DNA of 64,000 nucleotides, from NCBI RefSeq assembly GCF_009834535.1, contig NC_045698.1, forward strand, positions 1,614,001 through 1,678,000, written 5' to 3'. A program made the translations under genes and the position numbers. The notes under the pieces are model-generated. The model ran no database searches. It was given only the letters and a program-made list of their open reading frames with translations, and was not told the DNA's origin. Position 1 is the first letter of the stretch. Each line of letters begins with the position of its first letter. Positions 35,590 to 47,939 of the stretch are shown here, piece after piece. This stretch comes from Camelus ferus. Taxonomy: Eukaryota.

Positions 35590-36850
35590 GGGAGATATGT
35601 GATTCCCCAAGAGTTGATGGATTACAGTGACGGATTTTCAATGTTAATCAGCTCTGCTTTTCTGGGATAAAACCTACCAAAGCATCATTTACGCTGCTGG
35701 ATTCAATTTGCCAATTATTTACAAGGGACTAGTTTTAAGAGGAATAACATTTTGTTTGTTTGTTTGTTTTTGCAAAATCTTTTTCAGATTTTGATTTTAG
35801 GCTACTGTTAGCTTCACCAAGTGAGTTGGGATGTGTCTTTTCTCTGTTCCCTGTCTTTGTATGAAACTGGCACTCTAGTTTCATTCTTTGGTAAAATCTA
35901 CCAGCGGCATAATGTGGATCTGGAGTATTCTTCGTGGAAAGATTTTTATTAAAAATTAAATTTCTCTAATGGCTCTAGGGCTATTCATAGTTTCTATTTC
36001 CTCATGAGTCAGTTTTGGTGAGCTGAGTTTTTCTAGGAATTAGTCCATTTCCTCTGTACTGTAAAATCGGTGGCCGTGTGAGAGGGTCACGCACACAGGC
36101 AGACCTCATTTCATTGCATTTTGCTTTCTTTAGCTCCACAGGTACCGCACTTTTCACATGGTGAAGGTCTGCAGCAGCCCTGTGTCAGGCGAGCCTCTTG
36201 GTGCCATTTTTCCAACAGTATTTCTCACTTTGTGTTTCTATGTCACATTTTGGTAACCCTTATATTTCAAATCCTCTACCAGCAAAATGATTATAACTGA
36301 CTGAAGGCTCAGATAATGGTTTGTATTTTTTAGTAATAAATTATTTTTAAATTCAGATATGCACCTTGTTTGTAGACACAATGCTATTGCGCACTTAACA
36401 GACTACAGTAGAGTGTAAACATCACTTTTCTATGCACTGGGAAGCCAAAACTGTCTTGTGACCTGTTTTATTGTGACAGTCACGTTCTTGTGGTCATCTG
36501 GAGCCAAACCTGCACCGGCACTCAGGTCTGCCTGTACACATCCTGGAAATGTTGAAAGGCTGAATGTATGTATGTATCAGCTGAATCTTAAATGTCTTTA
36601 GGGTGTGTAATTCTGTCCAGTCTTTCATGAATCTTACAAAGAGATTATATTCATATATTGTATGAATATTTTCAAATAACTAACTTCAGACTTTGTTAAT
36701 TTTTTCTATTTTTTTCTGTTTTCTCTTTCATTGATTTCTGCTCATTTTCCTTCTACTTGAAATATATTTAATTTACATTTGTTCTTCTAGCTTCTCAAAT
36801 TGGAAACATAGGTCAGTGATTTTTAGACTTTTCTTCTTTGTTACTGTGAA
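35590..36850 (-). mobile_element. Ancient L1M ORF2 fragment (antisense), interrupted by a Tigger element
   Basis: T-rich; tgctggattcaatttgccaattatttt, tctagggctattcatagtttctatttcctcatgagtcagttttggtg and ttcattgatttctgctc resemble antisense L1 ORF2. Confidence 0.65.
36096..36534 (+). mobile_element. Internally deleted Tigger1 DNA transposon (Tigger1a_Art-like)
   Basis: Terminal inverted repeats caggcagacct / aggtctgcctg, right end followed by TA; body matches both Tigger1 ends (gccatttttccaacag; ctgaaggctcagata; gactacagtagagtgtaaacat). Confidence 0.9.
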
Positions 36851-36908
36851 AATATTTCACAATGAGAAACCACGTATGAAAGGTGTTTTTAATGGAACTG
36901 CAGAAATG

Positions 36909-36929
36909 CACACACACACACACACACAC
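36909..36929. repeat. (CA)n microsatellite
   Basis: Read directly. Confidence 0.9.
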
Positions 36930-39476
36930 GTCCATCGGTCATTCCAGTTCATGCTGTGACAGATGCTAATCCCAGATGCTAACTTGTGTAACTTACAGGA
37001 AACATTCTTCCGGTTTCAGGCATTTGGGCTGAGAGCCTCCGTGCACCGGAGGCTGGACTGTCTTTCGTCTGTTCGTCTGTCTGCGTTTCAGGGATACCCT
37101 TGAATTCTTAGCCTGCAGCAGTCGACAACTCAAGTAGTGCGAGCTGTCTGTCAATCAGCAAACACTCAACCACTAGAAAGAACTGCTTACCCAGAGTGGA
37201 ATGTGTTGTGTGTGAAAAGCTAATATTTAGCCAGTGAGTTTGGTACTGAGTTTAAGTTCTTGCTCAACTGCCTTCACTGCGTGCACGGCATTGGGGAGTT
37301 TCAATAAAAAGTCTCACCTTGGACTTGATCAAAGCATGGTTCTGTTTCTCATAAAAGTAGTGAGAGTCCAATCGTCACAGAGGTGGATCTCCAAGCAGAA
37401 AGGATCTGAATACGCTGAGAGTAAGTTAATAGTGAAAACATGCTGCTACTCTGACATTAATGCTATCTCTCCAAAGATGGATCATTTGAGAAAATACAAA
37501 AGACCACCAATTCCTTCTATGAAAAACTGAAGAATACTTGTGGAGTAGATTCGGGGTCATCTAGGGATGGGTGAGGAAGAACTGCATTTTTCTGGCACCT
37601 GTGATTGCCCGCAGTGTAGACTGGGGTCCCCTCTGCTTTCTTCCCGGTAGCATTCCTCATTCAAAGACGATGAGGCATTTGACGTGCAGGCACCGCCCAG
37701 CACAAGCGGCTTCCGATGGGTCAGTAATGGGCCGTTTATAATCTGGGCTTGTGGTCTGGTTGTTCAGTCTCCCAATGTCACATCAAAGCTACATTTTAAA
37801 ATAAGGAGAAAACAAAAGGTTGTCCAGGTATGTGGAAAGGTCTGGTCTGAGAACAGAGTGTGGTGATGAATTTCCATGGCGATGACAGTCTTCCTTGGTA
37901 CCAGCACGTCACAGCCCTGCCCAAGGCCTCTGCGGCTGCTTCATTCAGAGGAGATGTGGCTGGAACGTAAGTGGCTTTTAAAAGAGATAAATGTGCACAT
38001 GGAACAGTAAAAAAAATGTTTCCTCATCTTTTGTATCATGGTTCCCAGTGAGGGATTATTAATGTCTATCCCGAAGCTGATATGTGACCCACTAACCTCT
38101 TCATAATGCATAAAAAATAGTTTCAAGGAGTTCAAAATCTATCCACCACATATTGCTGATAAGCAATCCTCCGCTCAGGAAATTAAGTGCCCGAGTCCCA
38201 GACAGGACCGAGGAGGTGAACTCACATGCCTTTGACTCACCTTTGCCTAGAGCTGTGGTCACTTCTGCCCTTTATCATTTGTAAACCTTGGGGTTTCCCC
38301 ACAACAATGAATTTTTTGAAATCTCTCTATTAGAAGAGGTAAAGGTAAAGGTTTTCAGTGTCCACAGTTAAGGATCTTCCAGGATCAGCACCACACAGAC
38401 GTGTTCCCATAGGTCGCACTGGGCTGTGAGGGGCACGGTGGGAGAGTTTAGGGGACCCGTGGATTCCGCTGGGCCCACCAGGTGTCTCGTGGAAGTGAAG
38501 AGAGGATTTTCTGCACAAAATGTAGGTGTCCTTAAGACTGCCAGACCCCAAACTACTCATCCATAAGTCAGTCCCTCACCCACCCCGCCAGCACACACTG
38601 CGTGCCGGGGCATCGGGTCCGACTGCTGCTGATGAAACTGACGGGGTGCAGCCTCGGGTCATCAGCCCCTCCCTCCTTTGCTGGTTCTTTTACTTCCACT
38701 GTTGAAGCATCTGGAGAGAGGCTTCAGTCCCTGGATTGGGACGTCTTCACTTTGCATCAGCATCAAAGCGGAGTCATCCCCGTGCCAGCACCTCCTGGGC
38801 CCTCGGTGGATACCAGCCGGATTTCCACGTGCCATTATCGGAAGGCACCCAGGAGGCCATTAGGTTGTACTGTCACCCCTTCCTCCTTCCAGCCACCCTG
38901 CCAGGACCCTGCAGGCCTCCCACCCATCTGCCGCCTGTGGCCAGTGCCTGGACACCCAGTCCTCCTGAAGGTGACTTGTGCAGCTTTGTCCGCAGGTCAG
39001 GGAGGCCGCACCCTGCGCGTTTTAGGGACTACTGACTGCTCATTATTTGAAACGAAAATGAGTATCATATGGTCCAAAGAAAGCTTTGGGGGTGAGATGC
39101 CCCGAAGACTCTTGCGGGTGTGGGGCTGGGGAGGGCAGGGCTGGGAAGGCAGGCAGGGACCCCACGAACCAGGGAGGGGCTGGGGTGCAGTGACACGTCA
39201 CTTCTCTGGGGGCACACACAGGCCTGGGGGCTCCCCTCCCTGCGGCCCCTGCTGGGGCGGCGCCTGCCCCCGGGCTCCTTCTGGGGCAAGTGTCGTTCTC
39301 CGGGCCTGGGACGCTTGTTCTCCAGACATTTAGGGGCCTCACCCCTCTCTTTTCTCCTTTCAAAAGTCACCTTTCCCATGAGCACCCCTGACACACCGCC
39401 CAGAGAGCTCCCGCCCGTCTTGCTCTGCATTTACCACCGTGTTCCATGCAGTGTGTTTTCTGATTTCTCTCTTTCC

Positions 39477-39704
39477 TTTTTACTGACATATAGCCAGTTA
39501 CAATGTGCCAATTTCTGGACTTCAGAATAATGTTTCAGTCATACCCATACGTACCTGTATCTGTTTTCAGATTCTTTTTCATGTAGGTAACAACAAGGTG
39601 TTGAATAGTGTCCCCTGCGCCATACAGAAGAAATGGGAAGGGATAAATTGGGAGCTAGAGATTTGCAAATACTAACTATTATATATAAAATAGACAAAAA
39701 ACAC
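39477..39704 (-). mobile_element. Short camelid-type L1 3'UTR insertion with 5' inversion
   Basis: 39477-39634 is antisense L1 3' end; 39635-39704 is the adjacent upstream 3'UTR in sense orientation (homologous to 34040-34100); flanked by the imperfect repeat atttctc...tttcc. Confidence 0.8.
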
Positions 39705-40410
39705 ATTTCTCCTGTTTTCCCTTTTTATAGCATTACACTATCACCGGGACGCAACCTCTGCAGGGCAGGTGCACCCACCCACCTTGCTCCTGGATGCACT
39801 TAGGCCTGGCGTGTAGCAGGTGTCAGCAGCATTTATTAAATCAATGTAATTTTGAGGAGTGACTGTGTTCACACCGAATGTGGAGGAAGAAGAAAAAAGG
39901 ACATTTTCAAAAATGTTTAAATAATTTTTTCGCAAGTCTGACTGGGCCTAGACAATAACATTAACCCTAAGACAACACGCAGGTGTTTGTTAAATCTCGT
40001 GTGTTGTTTTGTTAAAACGTTGAGAGAAATTGAGAAGAAGGGAGAAGCTGGAGTGGCAGCTGTAGCTTCGCTTTTTCTAGATGGAGAATCCCTAAAAATC
40101 AGAGAACCGAACAGTCTTCCCAGGAGTGCATGTCTAAGCAGCAAGCGCACAGCTAAACGGGGACAGGAGCAGCCCGGCCCCGCCCACCTCTCCCTGCGGC
40201 GGCCAGTCTGTCTCCGGGTGCTGCTCCTGCGGCCGGCAGGGCTCCGCAGCTCCCAGGACGCACACCTGCGGCCGAGCCTGACCCTCCCAGGTAGCCACCG
40301 CCCCTGCCGCGCGGCTGGACGGGTTCCAGCAGAGTCCCCACCCCCACGGGAATTCCTCCAGCTCCCCACCCCTGGCGTGCCCTGGGTGATGCCCTGGGGG
40401 TGGCGAGGGT

Positions 40411-40850
40411 CATAATTAATGGTGTTTAATGGCCTCGCCTTTGATAGTCATCTGTTCCTGCTCCTTGTAAAATTCGGTTTCAACTCTGTATAAATGATTA
40501 CCCCCGACCTGAGCGCCTCTGCAGAAGCTGGAAACGGCTCCTTTTATGCAATGAAGGGGCCCTGGGCTTTGGGAAGGCTCGGTTCTGAGAAGGGCTCCTT
40601 GTTACGATACTGGCTCCACATTAGAGCAGGTCCTGAAACTCACAAGGAGCTGCCAGGTTTGGTTCTCAAGACCCACAGAAATCTAACTTCTGCAGGGTAT
40701 CAAATACACACATTTAGTCTTGGTAGCAAATAAAAATCACCCCTACTTGGAAATTTCTCAGCTAGCCATCTATTTTAAAGGTGAATTAAAATAACGCAGC
40801 AGTGATAAAATGATACATTTTTAAAAGTCCATTAATCATGGAATGTATTT
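40411..40850. promoter_or_regulatory. Candidate developmental enhancer
   Basis: TTAATGG at 40416 and 40426, CCTTTGAT 40438-40445, CATCTG 40449-40454, and TGATTAATGG on the minus strand at 40829-40838. Confidence 0.4.
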
Positions 40851-41166
40851 CACAACAAAATCCATCACAGCTGTTTATTTGGGATTCCTGAACTACTGTC
40901 AGTTTTTCTAATTTTGGAGCACTTGGGGCACAGAGTTAGGACGTATTACCTCTGTTACATGGGAACTGCTGAAATCTTGAACCCCGGGCGCCCAGCATGG
41001 ACAGGATGGACCCACAGAGTCTATGCAGGACTTGTTTCTTTATCTCGTGTTAAATAGATTTGCTGCGATGGGACTTAGCGAATGGCCGACTCGGATGCAT
41101 GTACCTTTCCTCCAGAGCATCCCTTTGGAGGCCTGACTGCTGCTCCGTGTCCCCTGTGCACTAGAT

Positions 41167-41374
41167 CAGAGGTGGGCGAACTTCCTGTAAAGCACCGAAT
41201 AGTAACTATCCACAGGTTTCAGCTCCTGCCGTCTGTTTTGCAACTGCTCCACTCTGCCCTTGCTGCCTGGCAGGAGACAGCGGGTTAAGGAACGTTTGTG
41301 CTGCAATGAACTTCATTTACAAAAGCAGGTGTTGGGCCAGATTTGGCCCTTGGGCCGATGTTTGATCACCCCCG
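41167..41374 (-). mobile_element. MER58A-like hAT-Charlie MITE
   Basis: cagaggtgggcgaacttcctgtaaag...ttgcaactgctccactctgcc...atttacaaaagcaggtgttgggccagatttggccc matches antisense MER58A. Confidence 0.75.
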
Positions 41375-43431
41375 GCTGGAGAAATAAGATGTTTGCCGGC
41401 CCGAGAAGGGCTTACAGTGATGGCAGGAGGTGCAGTATGATGAAGGCCCACGAGATAGATGTCCCTGGGGCTGGAGGGACCAGACCCAGGGGAGTGCACC
41501 CATGTCCGGGGCACAGAGCATCCAAGGAGGGGAACCCCAAGCTGAGTTCTGATTTTAAGTATTTCCTTTGAACTATCATTATACGCTATCACACTTCCAG
41601 CTGTGATCAACCAACCTGGGAAACCGACCCTGACAAAAAGTGGGCTGGACGCGGTGTGAGCTTCGAAGGCAGGTTTGCCAGGCGTGCGTTTTTTTCATCT
41701 ATTGGATACATTCTGATTGAGGCACAGCCACAGCACGAATGAGCCGTGTGCCGCTTTCGGGCATCGGGAAGGCAGGGGTGAGCCAGGGAGAGCAGGCTCT
41801 CTCTCCGCCGGGGCTGGCGCTCTGGGGAGGAGACAGACATCCATGGACAGGTGTCCACAGGGGCTCCAGGGGTGCTGCCAGGAGGGAGGGCAGGCAGTGG
41901 GAGCAAAGTGGCGGGGGCTGCAGGGGGACACAGGGTGCCCCCTGGTGCACACATGGTGCCTCGTGACAGGACAGGGCCACCAGGCAGGACTGAATGGGGT
42001 GGGAGCCCCCAGAGGGGTTTGGACAGTGGTGTGGGACCCCGATCTGTCTGCTAAGAGCTCTGCCTGCTGTCGTGGGCAGAACAGGGCCTGGGGCCCCCGT
42101 GGGATCGGGAAGTGGTCGGGAGGCTCTCACTGTGGTCCTGACGACAGAGATGGGGACCAGCAAGGGCACACGTGTGGCTTTCACCGCCCGTCGCAGGAGC
42201 CCAGATGGTGGCCCACCTGGAGGCCTTCAGCCGTCAGGGTGCAGGGGGTCACCTGGGCACAGAACAGACCTCCCTTCCGTTAGCTGCTGATGCCTGAGTA
42301 CCAAGTTAGCCCCAAACTGAACAGTGGGAAACTGCGGGCACACGTGATCTCACGGGGTGTCTGACGTCTGGGGGCTGAGAACAGCTGAGCTACCTGCTTC
42401 TGGCTCAAGGCTTGTCACAAAGCTGGAGTCGGGCTGTCCACTGGGGCCGTCACCTGGGGAGATCCACGTCCATGATGGCCCCTCCTGTGGCTGTGGGTGT
42501 GGCTTCTGGAGGGAGGCCACGGTCCCTTGGCCTGGGGACCTCACACAGGGCAGCTTGGGTGTCCTAGTGACAGGGCAGCCAGCTTCCCCCAGGGCCACAT
42601 GTCTCACAGGCAACCTCAGAAGTGACAGGCCACCACTGCCATGTGGCCATTCTGTCTGCTGCCACATGGAGGGGCTGCCTGAGGGCTGTGGACACCGCAG
42701 AACAGGGACCTGAAGGCTGGCTGCCCTCCTCTCTCTGATGGGCCTGGGTGGAGTGCAGGCACGGGTTGATAAGTCCCTGGTCTGTGAGAGTTTGTGAATC
42801 TGACTTTGAGAAGCACTGATGGTGGCACAGAGGGCGCCTGAATGTCCAGGCTGAAGAGAGCCCAGGGACTGAGACCTAGGTTTCAGAAAGAAGTCATCCA
42901 TCTCCAGAACTCCCAGCACCAAGCACCACCATCTCTCCCACGGCCGACTCGACGCGACACCATTCACCACGTGCAGTCCCTCCAGGCCAGCTGAGAGTCC
43001 GGTGATCACAGCCGGGCCCTCTCAGCTCCAAGAAGACCTCAGGCTGCGAACAGAGCTAAGCCCACGCCGTCCGGCCTGCACGCGGGTTCTTTTCTGCAGT
43101 GAACTCGGGCTGTAGGAAAACGTAGGTGGTGGAGGGTAACTGTCCAGCTCTCCAAACCCCACAACCGGGTTACAGTGAAAGCAAACATTGGACTCAATCA
43201 GGCCACGCCTGGGAGCTTGTCACCGAGACCTTTATGAACCCACAGGGATGAGGCCCTGGCAACCTGCTCCGTCAGCTCCGGGGGCCCCGGCTGCTGCCCT
43301 CGCAGTGGGGCGAGCCTGTGTCTTCTGAGCTGCAGCACTTTAGAGGGTGCTGAGCATGAGCAACAGCTACACACGGCAGCACGTGAACCAGGGCCTCTCT
43401 GAGCAAACCGGGAAGCGTGGTCCCTGCGAGG

Positions 43432-43760
43432 GCCGGGGACCATTCACCTATCTGCTTGGCCAGGCGGCGCCACGTCAAACACTGGCTTAGATGTTTTTGT
43501 GAGGCTCCTTTTTAGATTCACTTTTAAATCAGTGGACTTGGAAGAAAGCTGAGGGCCCCTATGAAGCAGGTGGGCCTCGTCCAATCAGTGGAAGGGCCTG
43601 AGGGCAAAGACTGCGGTTTCTCCAAAGAGAAGCAGTTCTACCCAAGACGGTGACATTTACACCCTATGTGAGTTTCCAGACTGCAGATTTCAGACTCAAG
43701 ACAGCAACATCAATTTTTCTCTGAATTTCCAGAAGCCCACCTGCCCAGCAGCCTCGTCCT
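43432..43760 (+). mobile_element. ERVL LTR (MLT2-like)
   Basis: ggtgggcctcgtccaatcagtggaagggcctga and cagatttcagactcaagacagcaacatcaa...tgaatttccag are MLT2 hallmarks. Confidence 0.75.
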
Positions 43761-44139
43761 GACTCAGAGCCCTGCTTGCCAGGGGCGCAGGGGACAGAGC
43801 AGCCCCCTCCTGCCTGGACCGCCTGCCCTTCCTTCATCCTCACCACGGATCTCACAGGATGCTCTCTGACCAGACGTATTTGCAACGTTCACACATCAAA
43901 CAGAGACCACATTTCATCTCGGCTTTTCCTGGAGCAGGCGTGTCTGGGCAGCTGGACCAAAGCACGAAGCCCTGCCCCACACAGTCCGGCCGCCCTCAGG
44001 TCTCGTGTGGCTAGAGTCCACTTCTTTGTCTTCTAAAGTGACAGCTTCAGAGACAAAGATAAAAGTTGTAGAGAGGGACCTTTAAAAATTACAGATGCAC
44101 CGAGGAGCTCCACATCATTGGGCTGGTGATGGAGGCCGG

Positions 44140-44408
44140 GGATGAAGGGAAAAATGTGCATGTTTCTGTTCATACAAGACGGCTCGCATGAGCAGAGCCA
44201 GAGAGCGAGGAGAAAGGTGGTTGCCAGCAGCTGGAGGAGGAGGGGCCACGGGGAGGAACTGCCTAATGGGAACGGGGCCCTGTCCTCCGTGAGAGAGATG
44301 GTGGGGGTACACCACTACCTAGCACGGACTCAGTGTCACTGAGTCGTTCAGTTTAAGATGGTTAGCGTCATGTTATGTAAATCTCATCCATTCCATAATT
44401 TGCAAAAA
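44140..44408 (+). mobile_element. L1MB-like 3'UTR fragment
   Basis: gtggttgccagcagctgg...ctgcctaatgggaacgggg...gtcactgagtcgttcagtttaagatggttag...atgttatgtaaat. Confidence 0.65.
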
Positions 44409-45159
44409 TGCAGCCGGACTTCTGAATGCGGGCAGATCCCCCGTCCCCCCAGTATGCCATCGTCCAGGTGCAGATTGTTTCAGCCTGACTGTACCTACAG
44501 ACAGCCCCAGCCTGGGGTAACCCGTCTCCAAAAAAACCATCTCCAGTTGTCTTTCTGAAGGTGAACCCAAGAGGGGGACCTGAAGTTCCTGAAGAAATTC
44601 TGGTTCACATCGAAACAGAAGGGCCAACCAGGAGCCGGCCACGCTCACCCAGGGGAAGGGTCCAGCCTACGAAGCAAAGACATCCCCCTTTGAGCTGTAA
44701 TCAAGAAAAGTTTAGTTTTCCCAAGGATTTTATTCAAATATAATGAGTAGATACATTTTGTGTGTGTGTGCGCTTGTTAACAGAAAATGTAATTTTAAGT
44801 GAATGAGACTTGCACTCCATTGTTCCAAGTACTCAGAATTTAGAAGCAAAAGTCCACAACCGAAAACTAAAACTGTCTTCAGTGTGTCACCCTTTCTGGA
44901 AACTCTGACTGGGACAGAGGCGTCAGGAGAAGCTGGTGGTCCCCGAGGGCAGTAAAAGAACGTCCCCTAAAAGTAAGTTCTCAAGTAATTTTTAACTAGA
45001 GAAGCTTGCTGGAGTCACCAACCAGCTAGGCTGTGAAAGGAGTGAATGAGGATGCATTTTAGTGAACTTACAACCACAAGAAATGCATTTATAAATCCAG
45101 GAGCCAAACTCAGGATCCCAGAGGCAGGACGGGATCGGGGCTAAAACATCCTTACTGCG

Positions 45160-45345
45160 GCGATGCGGACCCCGGCCCAGCTCTGCCTTTCACTTGGGGA
45201 CGCTGGGCGAAGTACTCGGGCATTCCGCGTCTAAATCGAGAGACTGACACCTGAAGAAAGACTCGTCGTGAGGACTGGATCAGTCAACGCATGGAACACA
45301 CTTAGAGCTGCGTCTGGTCCCGAGTGTTTGCCCAGTGAACAGCCT
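45160..45345 (+). mobile_element. MIR SINE (GC-shifted)
   Basis: tcgtcgtgaggactggatcagtcaacgcatggaacacacttagagctgcgtctgg parallels MIR ttgttgtgaggattaaatgagttaatacatgtaaagcgcttagaacagtgcctgg. Confidence 0.55.
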
Positions 45346-45529
45346 CAGGGTTATTTAAACGTTTTCAAAATCTTCAAGCATCCACGATCAGATTATGTAA
45401 CGTACAAGAACGACACAGCAAACATCTGGGGTCAGCTTTTTAAAATCCCCAAAATGAAAATGTGAAATTTCACAGAACCTTGACTTGGGTGTGAAAACTG
45501 ATTACCAGCTGACTGTTCAGACCCTGTGG

Positions 45530-45690
45530 GTTTCATAGATTCCTGAGCTGGAAATAGTCTTAGAAATTACCTGGGGGTTCCAGCCTAATCGCATTTTGCC
45601 AACAGGGAAACCTCAAAACAGAGGTACTGCATCCCCTGGTCACCAGCAAGCCAGGGACGCAGCTCGACCCCAACCCAAGCCCCTCAGGAG
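45530..45690 (-). mobile_element. MIR3/MIRc-like SINE
   Basis: tcatagattcctgagctggaaatagtcttagaaatt...cattttgccaacagggaaacc...ggtcaccagc. Confidence 0.5.
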
Positions 45691-47190
45691 GGGCGGTGAC
45701 AGCCCCCCTCCACCGCCCAGTGCCCTGGTCCCCACTGTGTTTACGGCCCCACCTCCCAACCCCGCCTCCTTCTCCAAAGTCCTAAGGGTCCCTGTCACTC
45801 CACCCTGCCCAGAGCTCACTCAGACTTGCCCCATTTAATGGGCAAAGTTATCTCTCCAACAAGAGGGAGAAGATGATGGAGAGAAGGGACCATGGTACCC
45901 ACTCACTTTATGTGATCTTGACCTCTCAGCGCAGGTTTCTGGAGAAGGAGGAGAGAAGTGAGTTGATGAGACATAAAATCCACTCCTGACTCTTGCCTGT
46001 AGCCCAAGCACAGAGGAGCCAGGCGCGAGCCCCCAGGCCTCGCTGTCCCTCCTCATCTACAGAGACTTCCCTGACCTCATCGCAGCCCCGCGAGCTAAGG
46101 GCAAATGCAGGAGGAAGAACCGTGACCTGGCAATCCCCGTGTGTGGCGGGGCCCCGATGTGGTGTCTGGGAGCAGGATGCCAGGTGGGGAGCCGTGATCA
46201 AAGCAGGCGCCAGGTGGGACCTCAGGGCCCTGCGGACTGAAGCAGAGCAGGGAGCAGGGACAGGCTTCACACAGGAAACCGGGACATGGTGCCCCATGGC
46301 AGCCCAGCGAGCCCCCCAGAGCCCCTGACCCCAGTCCCACTGTCTCCCCCCAAAAGGAAAAAACCCAGTTCTTGTCACACCAGAAAGATAAGTTTACAGC
46401 CGGGAGACAGTGTGTTGTGTACTGAAAGATTTTAAAAGATTTATATAAAAAAGGGAAATTACATCCCCAAGAACAGGAGGCAGGCTGATCCAAGGGAGGA
46501 AGGCGGTGGCCTGTGTCTCCCCTTCTCCTGCACCCCCGCTTAGAGGGTCTCTTGACTGACTGATGGCTTGTTGGCTCTCGTCCCTGGAGGGCTCAGTCAC
46601 ATTGGCCCCTTTGCACAGTGTCCTTACCCACAGCATCCACAGAAAACCCCACAGCGGGGTGGGGGCCTGAACCGCAGTGCTGATAATAATACAACGAGCC
46701 CTGGGTTGTGTCCGGTTAGGTCCCTTCTGCTACTGCACAGCCGCAGGCTGTTGGGTTCCAACCCGTTTCTTGCTGGCGTCATTTAGAAGGCCCTTTGTGC
46801 TGGAGGTGGGCATAGCACCATCTTCCGGACCCTCCTCCCCCTCCCCTACCTGTCTGCCCGGTGCCCCCACTCGCCTAACCACCTAACAACGTCAGTTCAT
46901 CATCACCCACCTGCCTCTGCCTTCCCTCCATCCTTTTATTCCAGGCGGAAGAAACCCCTTTCTCATCTTAGGAGACAAATGCTCCCTCTGCTCAGTAAGA
47001 GCAGTCCCCCTTCCCTTCCTTCACACTCACACCTCCTGAGAAGCTCCCATCACTGCCCTCCTCTGTACTGTCTCACCGCCCAGCAGCCCGGACTCCCGCC
47101 AGGCCGGCTGGAGACCAGCCGTCCCGGACCCACAGGCGCTCCCGCCCCGTCTGGTCACCAAGGCCAACTGCTCGCTGCCTCCCGGAACGG

Positions 47191-47204
47191 CCTGCAGGGG
47201 GCGG
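47191..47204 (+). promoter_or_regulatory. Candidate CTCF site
   Basis: CCTGCAGGGGGCGG matches CCASYAGRKGGCRS at 13 of 14 positions and is preceded by GG. Confidence 0.4.
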
Positions 47205-47589
47205 CTCTGTGAGCTTCCCTCTGTCTTTGTCTTTCTGGAAACTTCTCCACAATCTGCCCTCCCCCTCCTCCCTGTAGGCTGAGGTGGGACACAGCGTTCC
47301 TCTCCCAGAAAGAACTCACACAGCTCTGCCAACAGAGAAGCTCCAGGCGATGCCAGGGACGTGGGCGGGATGCTGTTACTAAGCCAGCAGAGCCTTCATC
47401 TTCCGGAGCTGCCAGCCTCTCACCAGAGGGACGAGTGTGAGTGCGGCCACGCCCCGCTCTGACCTGCCCGGTGTTCCATGTGGCTGCGATCCAGTCTCAG
47501 CGCACAGAAGATAATTGGAGCCCATAAAAATTCTGATGCTCAAATAACAGTAATACAACTTTATAAGTTTTTTTAAGAGCTTATGATTA

Positions 47590-47700
47590 CAGTAGAGTAA
47601 ATGATTCCTTGCTGTTTACTAGCGATCACTGAAAGACTTACCAATACTCACCTTGTTGGCTTGTATTTCTCATTTGCAAAATAGAGTTAACAACGTGGGG
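47590..47700 (+). mobile_element. MIR core remnant
   Basis: tttactagc...actcaccttgttggcttgtatttctcatttgcaaaatagagttaacaac resembles the MIR core ttaacctctctgtgcctcagtttcctcatctgtaaaatggggataata. Confidence 0.45.
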
Positions 47701-47939
47701 GGACACGGAAGCACTTCGGGCACTGATACCATCCTTCCGTGAATTATTCATTACGTGACCCTCGTTGGTTTGATGGTGAACTGACATGAATGCTTGGGGA
47801 AGACATCACACAGGAACCTCGAACTTTAATGCTGCCAGGAATTAAAGTGCCCACTATGTAGACAGGGGTGCCCTTCATGCGGGGAAAGAACTGCTCCGCA
47901 GACACTTCCTGTTGTTCCTTTCACAAAGCCTTTGGCTTT

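Noticed and set aside
37318..37414. Minus-strand exon candidate with CAG acceptor and AAG/GTGAGA donor
   Set aside because: Stop codons in all three frames and no transcript evidence; at most a non-coding exon.
38602..39333. 243-aa ORF, and similar long ORFs at 7674-8282, 42350-43009 and 49024-49716
   Set aside because: No recognisable homology, several non-ATG starts, and low stop-codon frequency is explained by high GC.
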